A stretch of DNA of 64,000 nt from Candidatus Hydrogenedentota bacterium (GTDB lineage: Bacteria > Hydrogenedentota > Hydrogenedentia > Hydrogenedentales > CAITNO01): contig JAKOTZ010000017.1 in NCBI GenBank assembly GCA_029776995.1, positions 27,341 to 91,340 on the forward strand, written 5' to 3'. Both the position numbers and the translations under genes were made by a program. Positions 63,806 to 64,000 of this stretch are shown in pieces (the first letter of the stretch is position 1; every line of letters begins with the position of its first letter). The notes below the pieces were generated by a model, which saw only the letters and a program-made list of their open reading frames with translations, made no database searches and had not been told where the DNA came from.

Positions 63806-64000
63806 GCCGGCTGGGATGTTGCGCGGTCCTCTGGGCGGCCAGCGCGGTTTCGTGGGGGGGAACGCCGGCGGCGATTATGGAAATGCCCGGCCTGTGGGCC
63901 GAATTCGCGGCGGGCCCGGTGGCCCGGGTGACGGGCAATTTCTCGCACGCCGACCTGAACCGGGACGGCCAGCCGGAGCTGATTCTGGAGCGATCGGTGT
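63802..64000 (+). CDS. Hypothetical protein, partial at its 3' end.
   Basis: The GTGA overlap with the permease stop. The frame is open to the window end (DLNRDGQPELIL...). Confidence 0.3.
   Translation, partial: MSRLGCCAVLWAASAVSWGGTPAAIMEMPGLWAEFAAGPVARVTGNFSHADLNRDGQPELILERSV

Noticed and set aside
1-64000. CRISPR arrays, rRNA or tRNA genes, and integrase or transposase genes.
   Set aside because: No periodic direct-repeat arrays, no rRNA-like conserved stretches, and no convincing tRNA cloverleaf were seen. No recombinase-like ORF is present, so the mobility mechanism of the defence island cannot be inferred from this window.

Overview
A 64 kb, high-GC (about 65% by eye) bacterial chromosomal segment, densely coded on both strands. 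The gene content suggests an anaerobic, glycan-degrading organism, but no taxon is asserted. Annotation is by manual reading of the six-frame translations.

The housekeeping backbone contains: metK (partial), nadA, a pstS-pstC-pstA-pstB-phoU phosphate operon, mpl, cstA, a family-4 glycosyltransferase, smc, ppiD-trxB, an orphan type II secretion F-family gene, a PpiC-type rotamase, a three-gene electron-bifurcating-type [FeFe]-hydrogenase operon, ubiB, larB-larC-coaD followed by a TPR membrane protein, transketolase, an O-antigen-ligase-like gene and a lipoprotein gene.

Accessory and unusual content: a sialidase fused to a glycoside-hydrolase-family-16 domain, a LolA-like domain fused to a TlpA-like thioredoxin, a sulfatase-like hydrolase next to a GDSL hydrolase, and a small secreted protein that has its own promoter, a structured leader and a terminator.

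The main finding is an 11 kb, same-strand, tightly packed island at 50.7-61.9 kb, bounded by AT-rich spacers. Its gene order is an SNF2-family helicase, DarT (a DNA ADP-ribosyltransferase toxin), DarG (a macrodomain antitoxin), a DUF1156 Zn-ribbon DNA methyltransferase, and a DUF499 (BrxC-like) ATPase. This looks like a helicase-methylase-ATPase restriction-modification-like defence module with a visibly lower-GC darTG toxin-antitoxin cassette nested inside the operon.

Secondary observations: the hydrogenase H-cluster motif L1 reads TSCSPGW rather than TSCCPxW; PhoU carries a C-terminal ArsC/low-molecular-weight phosphatase-like domain that has lost its catalytic Cys and Arg; a perfect 12-bp intercistronic hairpin lies between pstS and pstC; and the last 2 kb of the window is exceptionally GC-rich.

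Many long ORFs in the supplied track are antisense shadows typical of high-GC DNA and were not called.
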